Source: Smithellaceae bacterium
GTDB lineage: Bacteria > Desulfobacterota > Syntrophia > Syntrophales > Smithellaceae
Direction of reading: 5' to 3'
Length of the DNA stretch: 64,000 bases
NCBI GenBank assembly: GCA_963667845.2
Contig: CAXXVL010000002.1
Coordinates: forward strand, 704,001-768,000
The notes under the pieces were generated by a model. It made no database searches. It saw nothing but the letters and a program-made list of their open reading frames with translations, and was not told the DNA's origin. Positions 51,510-60,557 of this stretch are shown piece after piece (within the stretch, counting starts at the first letter, position 1; each line of letters starts with the position of its first letter). A program made the translations under genes and the position numbers.

Positions 51510-53741
51510 ATGGAAAAGAAGACTTATACCCCCATTATTCCGGAATTAACAAAAAATGCGATTACTGTTCTGGAGCGGCGTTATCTGAAGCGCGATAAAG
51601 AGGGGAAAGTCCTGGAGACTCCTGTTCAAATGTTTCGGCGCGTCGCGGATACCATTGCCGCCGCAGATCAGAAGTTCAATGAAGAAACAGACACTGCGAC
51701 AGTTGCCGAAGAATTCTATCGCATGATGACCCAGTTGGAATTCTTACCCAATTCGCCGACACTGATGAACGCCGGGCGCGAACTGGGGCAGCTATCTGCC
51801 TGTTTTGTCCTGCCCGTCGGCGATTCCATGGAAGAAATTTTCGACGCCGTAAAATATACCGCTCTGATTCATAAATCCGGTGGCGGCACCGGTTTTTCAT
51901 TCTCCCGGCTGCGTCCGGCCAACGATGTTGTTCTGACCACCACCGGCATTTCCAGCGGCCCGATCTCCTTTATGCGTGTTTTCGATGTCGCCACAGAAAC
52001 GATCAAGCAGGGCGGAACCAGACGGGGCGCCAACATGGGTATCCTGCGCGTCGATCATCCGGACATCATGGATTTCATCATGTGCAAGGCCGACAAAAAG
52101 CAACTGAACAATTTCAACATTTCCGTGGGCCTGACCGAAGCCTTCATGAAGGCTGTAGACAAAGATGAAAATTACGACCTGCTGAATCCCCGCGACGGGC
52201 AGGTTTCCGGAACGCTCAACGCCCGCAAGGTTTTCAACCGGATTATCACGCAGGCCTGGGAAAACGGTGAACCGGGCATTGTGTTTCTGGACCGGCTGAA
52301 CCGCGACAATCCAACACCTCATGTCGGAACCATCGAATCGACCAACCCCTGCGGAGAACAACCGCTCCTGCCTTATGAATCGTGCAACCTGGGCTCCATC
52401 AACCTCAGTAAAGTGGTTCAGAGCGGCCAGATCAACTGGAAGCGCCTGGGCGAAGTTGTTCACCTTGCGGTTCATTTTCTCGATAACGTCGTGGAGATCA
52501 ATAATTATCCTCTGCCGCAGATTGCCGAAATGACCCTGGGGAACCGCAAAATCGGACTGGGTGTCATGGGCTGGGCGGATATGTTGATTGCGCTGGGCAT
52601 TCCTTACAACACCGAGGAAGCCATTGAACTGGCCCACAAAGTTATGGGGTTCATCAACGAACAGGGACACACTGCTTCGCAGGCGCTGGCCAAGACCCGC
52701 GGCGTGTTTCCTAATTTCAAAGGGTCAGTCTATGATAAAAAAGGCATGCCGCCGATGCGCAACGCCACGGTGACGACGATCGCGCCCACCGGGACCATAT
52801 CGATTATGGCCAATTCCTCTTCCGGCGTGGAACCGCTTTTCGCCGTCTCTTACGTCCGTCAGGTAATGGATAACGATATCCTGGTCGAAGTTCATCCCAC
52901 CTTTGAGGCCATCGCGAAAGAAAGAGGATTTTACTCGAAGGAACTTATGCAGCGGATTGCCGAACAGGGAACGCTTCGCCATCTTGACGAAGTTCCTGAG
53001 GACATCCGCAGCCTGTTTGTCACTGCACACGACATTTCGCCGGAAGTCCACATCCGGATGCAAGCCACCTTTCAGAAGCACACCGACAATGCCGTCAGTA
53101 AAACAGTCAACTTCACCAATGGAGCGACCGTTGCCGATGTCGCCCGCGTCTATGAGCTGGCCTATCAACTCGACTGCAAGGGTGTCACGATTTACCGCGA
53201 CGGCTCTCGCGATCAGCAGGTGCTGAGTGTCGGAAAAAAGCCGGAAGCCGCTCTGCCGACTAGCGCCGACAAAGACAGAGCAACGACCAAGCGCGAACGG
53301 CCGAAGGTGCTGAAGGGTTGGACTTATCAAATGCAGACCGGCTGCGGTCCGCTGTATGTCACGGTTAACGAGGACAGCACAGGTTTGTTTGAACTCTTCA
53401 CCACGATGGGCAAAGCGGGCGGTTGCGCCGCCTCGCAGAACGAGGCCATCGGACGATTGGTATCGCTTGCGTGGCGCAACAGCATACAGACGCGACAAGT
53501 CATCAAGCAACTGCAGGGCATTTCCTGCCACTCGCCGTCCGGTTTCGGTGAAAACAAGATCCTGTCATGCGCCGACGCCGTAGCCAAGGCGATTCAAGCT
53601 CACGTGGAAGCCAACGGCGGTAAGGTACAGCATGAAAAGCGCGTCTTCCGCAAAGGCGCCTGCCCCGACTGCGGCGGTATTGTCGAGCACGAAGGCGGCT
53701 GCGCCGTCTGCCATATCTGCGGCTACAGCGAGTGCGCGTAA
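51510..53741 (+). CDS. nrdJ: Vitamin B12-dependent (class II) ribonucleotide reductase with C-terminal TSCPD-like domain and Zn ribbon
   Basis: PNSPTLMNAG, LSACFV, TNPCGEQPL, TIAPTGTIS, KGVTIYRDGSR; C-terminal CPDC..CHIC. Confidence 0.96.
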   Translation: MEKKTYTPIIPELTKNAITVLERRYLKRDKEGKVLETPVQMFRRVADTIAAADQKFNEETDTATVAEEFYRMMTQLEFLPNSPTLMNAGRELGQLSACFVLPVGDSMEEIFDAVKYTALIHKSGGGTGFSFSRLRPANDVVLTTTGISSGPISFMRVFDVATETIKQGGTRRGANMGILRVDHPDIMDFIMCKADKKQLNNFNISVGLTEAFMKAVDKDENYDLLNPRDGQVSGTLNARKVFNRIITQAWENGEPGIVFLDRLNRDNPTPHVGTIESTNPCGEQPLLPYESCNLGSINLSKVVQSGQINWKRLGEVVHLAVHFLDNVVEINNYPLPQIAEMTLGNRKIGLGVMGWADMLIALGIPYNTEEAIELAHKVMGFINEQGHTASQALAKTRGVFPNFKGSVYDKKGMPPMRNATVTTIAPTGTISIMANSSSGVEPLFAVSYVRQVMDNDILVEVHPTFEAIAKERGFYSKELMQRIAEQGTLRHLDEVPEDIRSLFVTAHDISPEVHIRMQATFQKHTDNAVSKTVNFTNGATVADVARVYELAYQLDCKGVTIYRDGSRDQQVLSVGKKPEAALPTSADKDRATTKRERPKVLKGWTYQMQTGCGPLYVTVNEDSTGLFELFTTMGKAGGCAASQNEAIGRLVSLAWRNSIQTRQVIKQLQGISCHSPSGFGENKILSCADAVAKAIQAHVEANGGKVQHEKRVFRKGACPDCGGIVEHEGGCAVCHICGYSECA

Positions 53742-53886
53742 AGGATTGCAATTCTCTTTCCGGAGGAACTGCCAGGATACTGACATTTAGATATCTGCCC
53801 CATTTACCTGCCGTTATCTTTGCGCTCCTTCCGCTCTCACCGGGCGGGCTTCCCGGCAAAGAATTATTGACTGACCTTTACCCCTC

Positions 53887-54882
53887 CTACCTTCTATGCT
53901 CTGCCTCCCCCTCCTCCGGTCTTCCTGGAGACGACGGTTGGCGTTTTGATTCCCCCTGCGGTTGCCGCTGAACCTGAGGTCTCGGAACCTCGGGTTGTCT
54001 TGGCTGCTGCATCTGAGGTCTCTGAACTTCAGGTTGTCTTTGTTGCCGGACCTCAGGTCTTGGAACTTCGGGCTGTCTCGGCTGTTGAACCTGGGGTCTC
54101 TGAACGTCGGGTTGTCTTTGTTGCCGGACCGCAGGTCTCGGAACCTCGGGTTGTCTTGGCTGTTGAACCTGGGGTCTCTGGACGTCAGGTTGTCTTTGTT
54201 GCCGAACCTCAGGTCTTGGAACTTCGGGCTGTCTTGACTGTTGAACCTGGGGTCTCTGAACGTCGGGTTGTCGCTGCTGCTGAACCTGAGGCCTCCGAAC
54301 CTCGGGTTGTCTTTGTTTTTCTTGTATCTGTTCCTGATGCCGCTGAACTTCAGGCCTCTGACGGTATTGCTCTTGCCTTTGCTGTCTTAGCTCTTGTCTT
54401 TGCGGCAGCGGCCGAGGCTGATAGCCCTGGACGCCCCAAGTATTGCGGCTTTCCCAATGTCGGCTGCTGTGCCAGCTTTGCCAGTTTTGTTGAAGCCGCC
54501 GCTCAGGAATTCGTTCATAGTCCCACCGGTGGCCGTACCAATTGCGTTCTCTGTAGTATCCTCGCCAACCCGGGTCAACATCAAAATAGAAACTTGGAAC
54601 ATTGCGATAATAAGCCCAACCCCGGTTATAGTAACGTGAACGGTACCAGCGGCCTTCCCAGGGACGCCACCACCAGCCATTCCAGAAAAAAATGTCCACA
54701 TCGACATCAGGAACAACATATACGTCATCAGTATCGGGAACCACTATCACAGCCGGAGGCTGTTCGAATACAATCATTGGCGGCAGAGGAATCTGAATAC
54801 TTATATTAACCTCGGTCATTGCCGGAACGGGCAGCACAATGGCCAACGCCAAAAGAATTGTCCCAAAGAATAGCTTTTTCAT
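53887..54882 (-). CDS. Exported protein with a Trp/Tyr-rich domain and a Q/R/P tandem-repeat tail
   Basis: Signal peptide, PPxIVF..PPAVIVVP, WNGWWWRPWEGRWY region, 13-aa repeats; AAGGAG RBS. Confidence 0.8.
   Translation of the reverse strand: MKKLFFGTILLALAIVLPVPAMTEVNISIQIPLPPMIVFEQPPAVIVVPDTDDVYVVPDVDVDIFFWNGWWWRPWEGRWYRSRYYNRGWAYYRNVPSFYFDVDPGWRGYYRERNWYGHRWDYERIPERRLQQNWQSWHSSRHWESRNTWGVQGYQPRPLPQRQELRQQRQEQYRQRPEVQRHQEQIQEKQRQPEVRRPQVQQQRQPDVQRPQVQQSRQPEVPRPEVRQQRQPDVQRPQVQQPRQPEVPRPAVRQQRQPDVQRPQVQQPRQPEVPRPEVRQQRQPEVQRPQMQQPRQPEVPRPQVQRQPQGESKRQPSSPGRPEEGEAEHRR
53968..54312 (-). repeat. Coding tandem repeat: 39-bp unit, about 9 copies, with 78-bp higher-order period
   Basis: RQP[ED]V[PQR]RP[QEA][VM][QR]Q[QPS] x8 plus a partial copy; two unit types alternate. 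Confidence 0.92.
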
Positions 54883-55102
54883 TTTACTGTCTCCTTATTT
54901 CCTGAGCTTAATATGCTCATCATCCATCCGGCGTCTATCCCGTACCTTTTGCTTGCCTTTTTATTGAGGCTGCATATTTCAGCCGTCATTGTTTCAAATA
55001 TTTTCTGTACTGACCAACGACCTTTATGAACGATATCCTGAATGCGCACACGGGGGTTTGATTCGTTGTGCTTCCTTGTTGTTATTCTTTTTGGCGTCGC
55101 TC

Positions 55103-55279
55103 TTAGCGCCTGTCATCCCTGTCGTGTCGATCGCCCCGGTCATGTCGATCATCTCTATCGTGTCGATCACCACCGTCATGTCTTCTCCCTCCATCACGGT
55201 CGTCATAGGGTATAAAACAACCGCTGAGGCATATAAGCATCATAATTAAGGCCATTCCCAACATTATTATCCTTTTCAT
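55103..55279 (-). CDS. Small lipoprotein (58 aa) with DRHDRD repeats
   Basis: GGAGGGG RBS; MKRIIMLGMALIMMLICLSGC lipobox; 6-aa repeats at 55106-55186. Confidence 0.75.
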   Translation of the reverse strand: MKRIIMLGMALIMMLICLSGCFIPYDDRDGGRRHDGGDRHDRDDRHDRGDRHDRDDRR

Positions 55280-55557
55280 TTTCCCCTCCGTTTTTCCGGT
55301 ATAAGGAGACACAGCAGCATGTATCGCCCGATGTACTCCGCTAAACCCTTTTTGAATTTACCCGGTTTTTTTCTGAACTCTGCCGGCCATCTCTTCTCCA
55401 TTTCTTCTGCCTCAAGCGCCCGATAATTGCTTCATTTCCGGCAGCCGCCTGGGTTCAGCCTTAAAATGTGATTGAAAAGAAACAGACAGTCCCAATATAA
55501 TCTAATATTGAGACCGCGTCGTAATGCTGACTTCAATGTATTCCTTTTCCCAAGCAC

Positions 55558-55872
55558 CTATTTTACGATCAGGTTATTCTTTACGGATTTCACCCCTTTG
55601 ACACTCTTGGCGATTTCATCCGCTTTATCGACAGCCTGCCGAGAATTAACGAAGCCGCTGAGCTGAACGGTGCCCTGGTATGTCTCCACGCCGATCTGAA
55701 ATGATTTGAGCAAATTATCTGCGGCAAGCAGTGATTTAATTTTGGTCGTAATGACCGAGTCGTCGACGTATTCCCCTGTACTTTCACGTGTGCTTGTCGA
55801 TGCACAGGCTGCAAAAGTGGCAATCAGCGCAAGAAGCACCAAATAACTGATAACGATATTTCTCTTTTTCAT
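55558..55872 (-). CDS. Single BON-domain lipoprotein (OsmY-like)
   Basis: FAAC lipobox; DDSVITTKIK, V.LSGFV, VKGVKSVKNNL. Confidence 0.93.
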   Translation of the reverse strand: MKKRNIVISYLVLLALIATFAACASTSTRESTGEYVDDSVITTKIKSLLAADNLLKSFQIGVETYQGTVQLSGFVNSRQAVDKADEIAKSVKGVKSVKNNLIVK

Positions 55873-55926
55873 ACCTAAGTCCTCCTGGTAAATTTGTAAT
55901 GAAATAACTACTTCGGATTCAGATCG

Positions 55927-56076
55927 CTACAACGGTCTTCGCCCCTGAATGACTCTGACTACAATGACAATAATGGCAACAACAAGCAGGATATGAATAA
56001 AATTACCCAGCGTATAGCCGGTCACCAGACCCAGGACCCACAAAATGATCAGTACAACAGCAATTGTCCACAGCAT
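55927..56076 (-). CDS. lmo0937-family (DUF5670) small membrane protein, 49 aa; not in the ORF track
   Basis: GGAGG RBS; MLWTIAVVLIILWVLGLVTGYTLGNFIHILLVVAIIVIVVRVIQGRRPL. Confidence 0.88.
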   Translation of the reverse strand: MLWTIAVVLIILWVLGLVTGYTLGNFIHILLVVAIIVIVVRVIQGRRPL

Positions 56077-56589
56077 TTGATCCTCCGATTCGCGTATTCA
56101 TCATCCTTACTGTTCGACCTACACGGACGCCGCTCGAACAGTATACCTTGTCGCAAAAAAGACCAGCCGGCTCTGTGTTTCTACGTTTGTTTGTATAAGA
56201 ATAGGTAATGAAAGCGGAATTCGCAATAATAGTTGACTGTCTGCTTATTGGTATATGAATCCTACCCTTAAATGCTTGGATGTTGATTCTGCTTTTCTAA
56301 AGGGCGGTCTTAAAAAATGTTGAGATCGGTGAAAATCTATATCCTGCTGAAAGGTATGCGCGGTGAGACCGGTATGGATTGGATGCCCTGCTTTGATCCA
56401 TGGAACGTTTGTCCTTCCCGGCCATGGAAATTCGACCTGGCAAGACTGGATAGCAATCCCCTGATAAACGACGCCCGGGGCTTCCTGCTTTTGATGCCCG
56501 CATACTCTGATAGCCGCCTGCCCCTATGTTCCTGACAGGGCACAGGTCGATCTGTACGGGAAAGCCATTTTTGCTCACCGGAAGATCCA

Positions 56590-57312
56590 TCACGTCCGGT
56601 TTTCCGCTCCAGCCAGTCGACTGCGTATCATGTCAGCAACCTGTTTGGCCCAGATGGAATAGGCAAGTGCCCCGGGGTGAAAACCATCTGCCGCCATATA
56701 CGCTGCGTCCAGGGGGAAGTCTGTCGCAACAAACTGGCACCGCTTGTCACCTCCCGCTAATTTTTGCAGAGCACTATTAAATTGCCGGGCCCTCATCCCG
56801 AGATACCACCTCAGGGGTTGAGGCAGGGCCGGAAAGAGGTGCATGGGCGGAACGGCCGACAACATGATATGCTGTGACTGGAACTTCGATTGGAGCAGTT
56901 CGATAATCCGCCCTTGTTGATCAATCCATTTTTGTGTGTTTGTTCCATGTGTGACGTCATTGACGCCGATAGACGTAACAACCACCTCGAACGCCTCCGG
57001 CAAAAGCTCCTCAAGCCTTGCCGCTACATCCTTCGCTCGACGGCCTGTCTGCGCAACCAATTTCCAGGACACCCGAAAATCGGCACCCAGTGCAAAAACC
57101 AGCTGGCCGGAAAGGGCCTGACTTTGGGTTGACACGCCAACACCGGCCGCGGCGGAATCGCCGAGGATGAGCAGGTTGAGGCCCGGTCCGGATCCATTCG
57201 TGCCGAACCTGTCACCAGACGGTTCCGGCAACCTGGGCGTTCTGAAACGAACATAAAGGGCCTGCGCAATCAAGAATGGAGCAAGGCCCATGGCCGCAAA
57301 TATGTATTTCAT
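56590..57312 (-). CDS. SGNH/GDSL hydrolase family protein
   Basis: GDSAAAG, GVND, DGFHP catalytic blocks; start placed at MKYIF. Confidence 0.9.
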   Translation of the reverse strand: MKYIFAAMGLAPFLIAQALYVRFRTPRLPEPSGDRFGTNGSGPGLNLLILGDSAAAGVGVSTQSQALSGQLVFALGADFRVSWKLVAQTGRRAKDVAARLEELLPEAFEVVVTSIGVNDVTHGTNTQKWIDQQGRIIELLQSKFQSQHIMLSAVPPMHLFPALPQPLRWYLGMRARQFNSALQKLAGGDKRCQFVATDFPLDAAYMAADGFHPGALAYSIWAKQVADMIRSRLAGAENRT

Positions 57313-58092
57313 CTCTTTTATCATCCTGACCTTGAATTGATTATCGTTGCATTTACAAATCAATATCGTCTGAAATATGTTCTGGCATTTAATGACTGCG
57401 AGAGGCAAGCAGAAGAATTTGAATATCCGCCGGGTCACAGTCTTTGTAAAAACATGCCATGATCTTCTCATGGCAAATCCTTAAAGCTATTTGAATATGT
57501 CATTACGAAGTATCCATTTCCTGAAAATAGCGTATTGCTTCAGGCCTAAGTCATAATGCCCCGGCCTTCCTCCATTCGCAAATCCTTTTTTACCGCAAAA
57601 ACCGGGATTAAATATTTATCGCTGGACCATCTTCACATATCGACCATCAGCTCGTTGCTGATAGACGACGCGCATAATGTCGGGTATCCGCAGCGAACAG
57701 GTTAAATTATCCGCCTGCGAATCTCCGGAGTTCGCATCCTTACCATGAGTATTTACGGAACGAAGGAACTAACCGGTACGTCCCGATGAAGGTAATAATA
57801 TCTCTCTGTCATTTACTATGGAGAATCCGTACTCAAAACCTGCGGCTGATCCGGGTGATAATGCAGGAAAGCAATCATTAGAAAATATCCCTGTTTGCCC
57901 GGAAATGAATTGGACCGATTCTATTGATTTGCGAGGGACGCTTCAGAAACAGGGAAACTAATATTTCAGCAATTCATTTCAGCCTGCTATTTGTGCCCGT
58001 CCTCCCGCAATTCGTATATCGCGCGTAAAAACCTGCCAACATCCTTCCCCCTATTTTTCATTCGTTTCATTATCGTCACCCAGAAATTTATC

Positions 58093-58117
58093 TTGACAAC
58101 CTACCTACTAGTAGGTA
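58093..58117 (+). promoter_or_regulatory. Promoter -35 element with a perfect 16-bp palindrome, probably the TetR operator
   Basis: TTGACA (58093-58098), then TACCTACTAGTAGGTA (58102-58117). Confidence 0.75.
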
Positions 58118-58149
58118 AAAGCAGGTCATACCCTTACTGGTAAAATAGC

Positions 58150-58719
58150 ATGGACGAAAAAATGGATACAAAGAAACAGATTCTGGATATCGCCGAGGAT
58201 CTTCTTCTTGATCGCGGTTATAATGGCTTCAGCTACAAAGACATCTCCGGCGTTTTGAATATCAGGAACGCTTCCATTCATTATCATTTCCCCAAAAAGA
58301 CTGATCTGGGCGTCGCTATTATTCAGCGTGCCACTCATCGTTTTCAGAAGTGGGCAAGCCATATCGACAGTAAGGATTTACCCTGTTCAAAAAAGCTGGA
58401 TGAATTCTGCCTGATATTTAAAAAATTTGTGGAGGAAAAGCAGGTTTGTCTGGGCGGAGCGCTTCAGACGGATTATAAGACTTTGCCCGAAGAGATGCAA
58501 AAAGAGGCACAGCTCTTTCTTTCCAAGACATTTCAATGGCTGGAGAATTTTCTGGCGGCCGGCAGGAAAAAAGGTGAGTTCGATTTTCCCGGCAGCGCCG
58601 CCGATCAGGCGCTCTTGACTATTGCGAGCCTGCAGGGAGCCATCCAAATTGTCCGGGTGACGTCGCCGGCGAGTTTTGATGCGACGGTCAAACAGATTAA
58701 GAGGTACGTATGTGCATAG
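58150..58719 (+). CDS. TetR/AcrR family transcriptional regulator
   Basis: ILDIAEDL..RGYNGFSYKDI....IRNASIHYHFPKK HTH. Confidence 0.95.
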   Translation: MDEKMDTKKQILDIAEDLLLDRGYNGFSYKDISGVLNIRNASIHYHFPKKTDLGVAIIQRATHRFQKWASHIDSKDLPCSKKLDEFCLIFKKFVEEKQVCLGGALQTDYKTLPEEMQKEAQLFLSKTFQWLENFLAAGRKKGEFDFPGSAADQALLTIASLQGAIQIVRVTSPASFDATVKQIKRYVCA

Positions 58720-58800
58720 GGTTTTCCGGATACTCGACCTCATGCACCTCGCGTGACATTTAGGTTATCGGGGAATCGCCGGCCTGACGACTTTGCATAA

Positions 58801-58836
58801 AGATTGCCACGTTCACTGCCGTGAACTCGCAATGAC
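58801..58836. repeat. REP-like palindromic element (single arm)
   Basis: AGATTGCCAC-GTTCAC-TGCC-GTGAAC-TCGCAATGAC hairpin, resembling intergenic GATTGCCAC...CGCAATGAC repeats. Confidence 0.45.
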
Positions 58837-58871
58837 GGATAAAGTCAAAAAAGTGTAAATGGAGGTTACGC

Positions 58872-59654
58872 ATGAGTGCTGCACTGAAGGAAAAAATTAA
58901 AAACTACGCAATGAGTCTGGGAGTAGACGACTTCGGATTTGCGGCTGTGGCGGATTACCAGAGTCCCCAGAGCCCGAAGATCGAAACCATATTCCCCGAG
59001 GCGAAATCAATTGTCGTGGCCTGCGTTAGAGAGATGTCCCACGTGGAGAGCCCCAATCCCCAGATTGCCATGAACGGGCGACTCGACATCATGGAATACG
59101 CCCGGTCAACCAATTATAAGATTTCGCGGTTTCTGGAAAAAGAATGCGGCGCCAAAGCCATGAGTGTCCCTCTTTCTTATCCCTTGGACCTGACCCCGCA
59201 AAATTCCCGCAGCGTTGCCGATGTATCGCTTCGGCATGCCGCCGTGGCCGCAGGACTGGGCGTTTTCGGACGCCACAATCTGGTGATTCATCCGCGCCTG
59301 GGGCCGCGCGTTCTCTTCATGGCCGTACTTACTGATCTGGCGCTTCCATCAGATCCTCAAGTGACCGAGGATCTGTGTATCCAATGCAACCTCTGCGTGG
59401 AAAGCTGTCCGGCTGCCGCTCTGAATGTTGAGGGACAGACGGATTTCGGAAAATGTATCAAGGTCTCTCAGCCCTATGGCCTGCCGAAGATCATTAATTT
59501 CTGGATGAAATGGGCCGGCAAATCACCCGATGAACAAATTAAAATGCTCTTCACCAAGGATTTCTTCATGACCTACCAGGCAAGTTTCATCGGCTTTCAG
59601 TATGCCTGCTTCAAGTGCTACAGTTCATGTCCTGCAGGCGGTAGTTGTAAATAG
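58872..59654 (+). CDS. Epoxyqueuosine reductase (QueG)-like cobalamin / 2x[4Fe-4S] protein
   Basis: SLRHAAVAAGLG.FGRHNL, GPRV...AVLTD, CIQCNLCVESCP, CFKCYSSCP. Confidence 0.8.
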   Translation: MSAALKEKIKNYAMSLGVDDFGFAAVADYQSPQSPKIETIFPEAKSIVVACVREMSHVESPNPQIAMNGRLDIMEYARSTNYKISRFLEKECGAKAMSVPLSYPLDLTPQNSRSVADVSLRHAAVAAGLGVFGRHNLVIHPRLGPRVLFMAVLTDLALPSDPQVTEDLCIQCNLCVESCPAAALNVEGQTDFGKCIKVSQPYGLPKIINFWMKWAGKSPDEQIKMLFTKDFFMTYQASFIGFQYACFKCYSSCPAGGSCK

Positions 59655-59711
59655 AGTCGGGACATAGCGCCCGATATGAAGAACCCATTTTGATCAACTT
59701 TCAGTGGACAC

Positions 59712-60203
59712 ATGATGAGAGATAAAATGAAGATCACGAGAAGACGGATTTTGCTTCATACGACCATTCTACTTCTTTTGATATGTCCCTTCCTGTTAAC
59801 GGACGCCTATGCCCAATCCTGTGAGAAGGTTGTCCAAACCGTAAATGCGCGGCTTTTACCTGCAATCGATGAGCAGGAACTGATCTACGTCCTCCGCAGT
59901 CTGAACAAGACCGACAACAAAAGACTTCCGGCCAAGTTCCTGAAGAAGCAAGATGCCCGGTCACGGGGTTGGAAACCCGGCAAAGATTTGTGGTCAATAA
60001 GCGAGCTCAAAGGTGTCAGCATCGGGGGCGACCGGTTCCGGAATCTGGAGCGACGCCTGCCTGATAGAAAATGGCGGGAAGCGGATCTGGATTATAAAGG
60101 CGGCCGGCGCGGCGGCAAGCGTCTCGTCTACTCGCGTGACGGTGAGCGATGGGTAACCGTTGACCATTATCAGACTTTTACGGAGGTTCCGCCATGTCGC
60201 TGA
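59712..60203 (+). CDS. Secreted barnase/RNase Sa-like guanyl-specific ribonuclease
   Basis: Signal peptide (AYA-Q); SIGGDRF.N.E.RLP, WREADLDY, R..RLVYS.DG, TVDHYQTF. Confidence 0.92.
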   Translation: MMRDKMKITRRRILLHTTILLLLICPFLLTDAYAQSCEKVVQTVNARLLPAIDEQELIYVLRSLNKTDNKRLPAKFLKKQDARSRGWKPGKDLWSISELKGVSIGGDRFRNLERRLPDRKWREADLDYKGGRRGGKRLVYSRDGERWVTVDHYQTFTEVPPCR

Positions 60204-60475
60204 AGCGCTGCCGGCTAGACGGCCGTGACATTCAATCGCTTGGCGATCTCTATGATCGGCTTGCCGGTGGACTTGCCTTACCCCCGCACTTCGGCCGCAA
60301 TCTGGACGCGCTCTGGGATGTCCTTTCCGCAGATGTCGAAGGTCCATTTGAAATCATCTGGAAACATGCTGCTGAATCTAAAAAACTAATGGGCCGGGAT
60401 TATAGCCGGGTCGTAAAATTGTTCGAAAGATTAAAAAAGGAACGGGATGATTTCCGATTGCAGATCGAGTCGTAA
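60194..60475 (+). CDS. Barstar family RNase inhibitor
   Basis: LDG..I....DLY..L...L.LP.HFGRNLDALWDVL; overlaps the RNase gene by 10 nt. Confidence 0.93.
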   Translation: MSLKRCRLDGRDIQSLGDLYDRLAGGLALPPHFGRNLDALWDVLSADVEGPFEIIWKHAAESKKLMGRDYSRVVKLFERLKKERDDFRLQIES

Positions 60476-60557
60476 TTTTGTCACTCTCATCGTATAGTCA
60501 TTTCGATAGTGCCGTGAGAAATCAACTCGTTTATCGCTCGCTGCTCACGGGACAACT

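Noticed and set aside
53968..54312. Possible CRISPR array
   Set aside because: Units are contiguous and in frame, with no unique spacers and no cas genes. It is a coding tandem repeat.
53946..54809. 287-aa plus-strand ORF (and 53962-54237) across the repeat
   Set aside because: Antisense shadow of the repeat protein. The minus-strand ORF has the RBS and signal peptide.
55024..55206. Alternative-frame ORF MTTVMEGEDM...
   Set aside because: Out-of-frame reading of the DRHDRD repeat. The lipoprotein frame has the RBS and lipobox.
56297..56593. Short ORFs on both strands downstream of the SGNH hydrolase
   Set aside because: No family features or convincing RBS; several competing frames.
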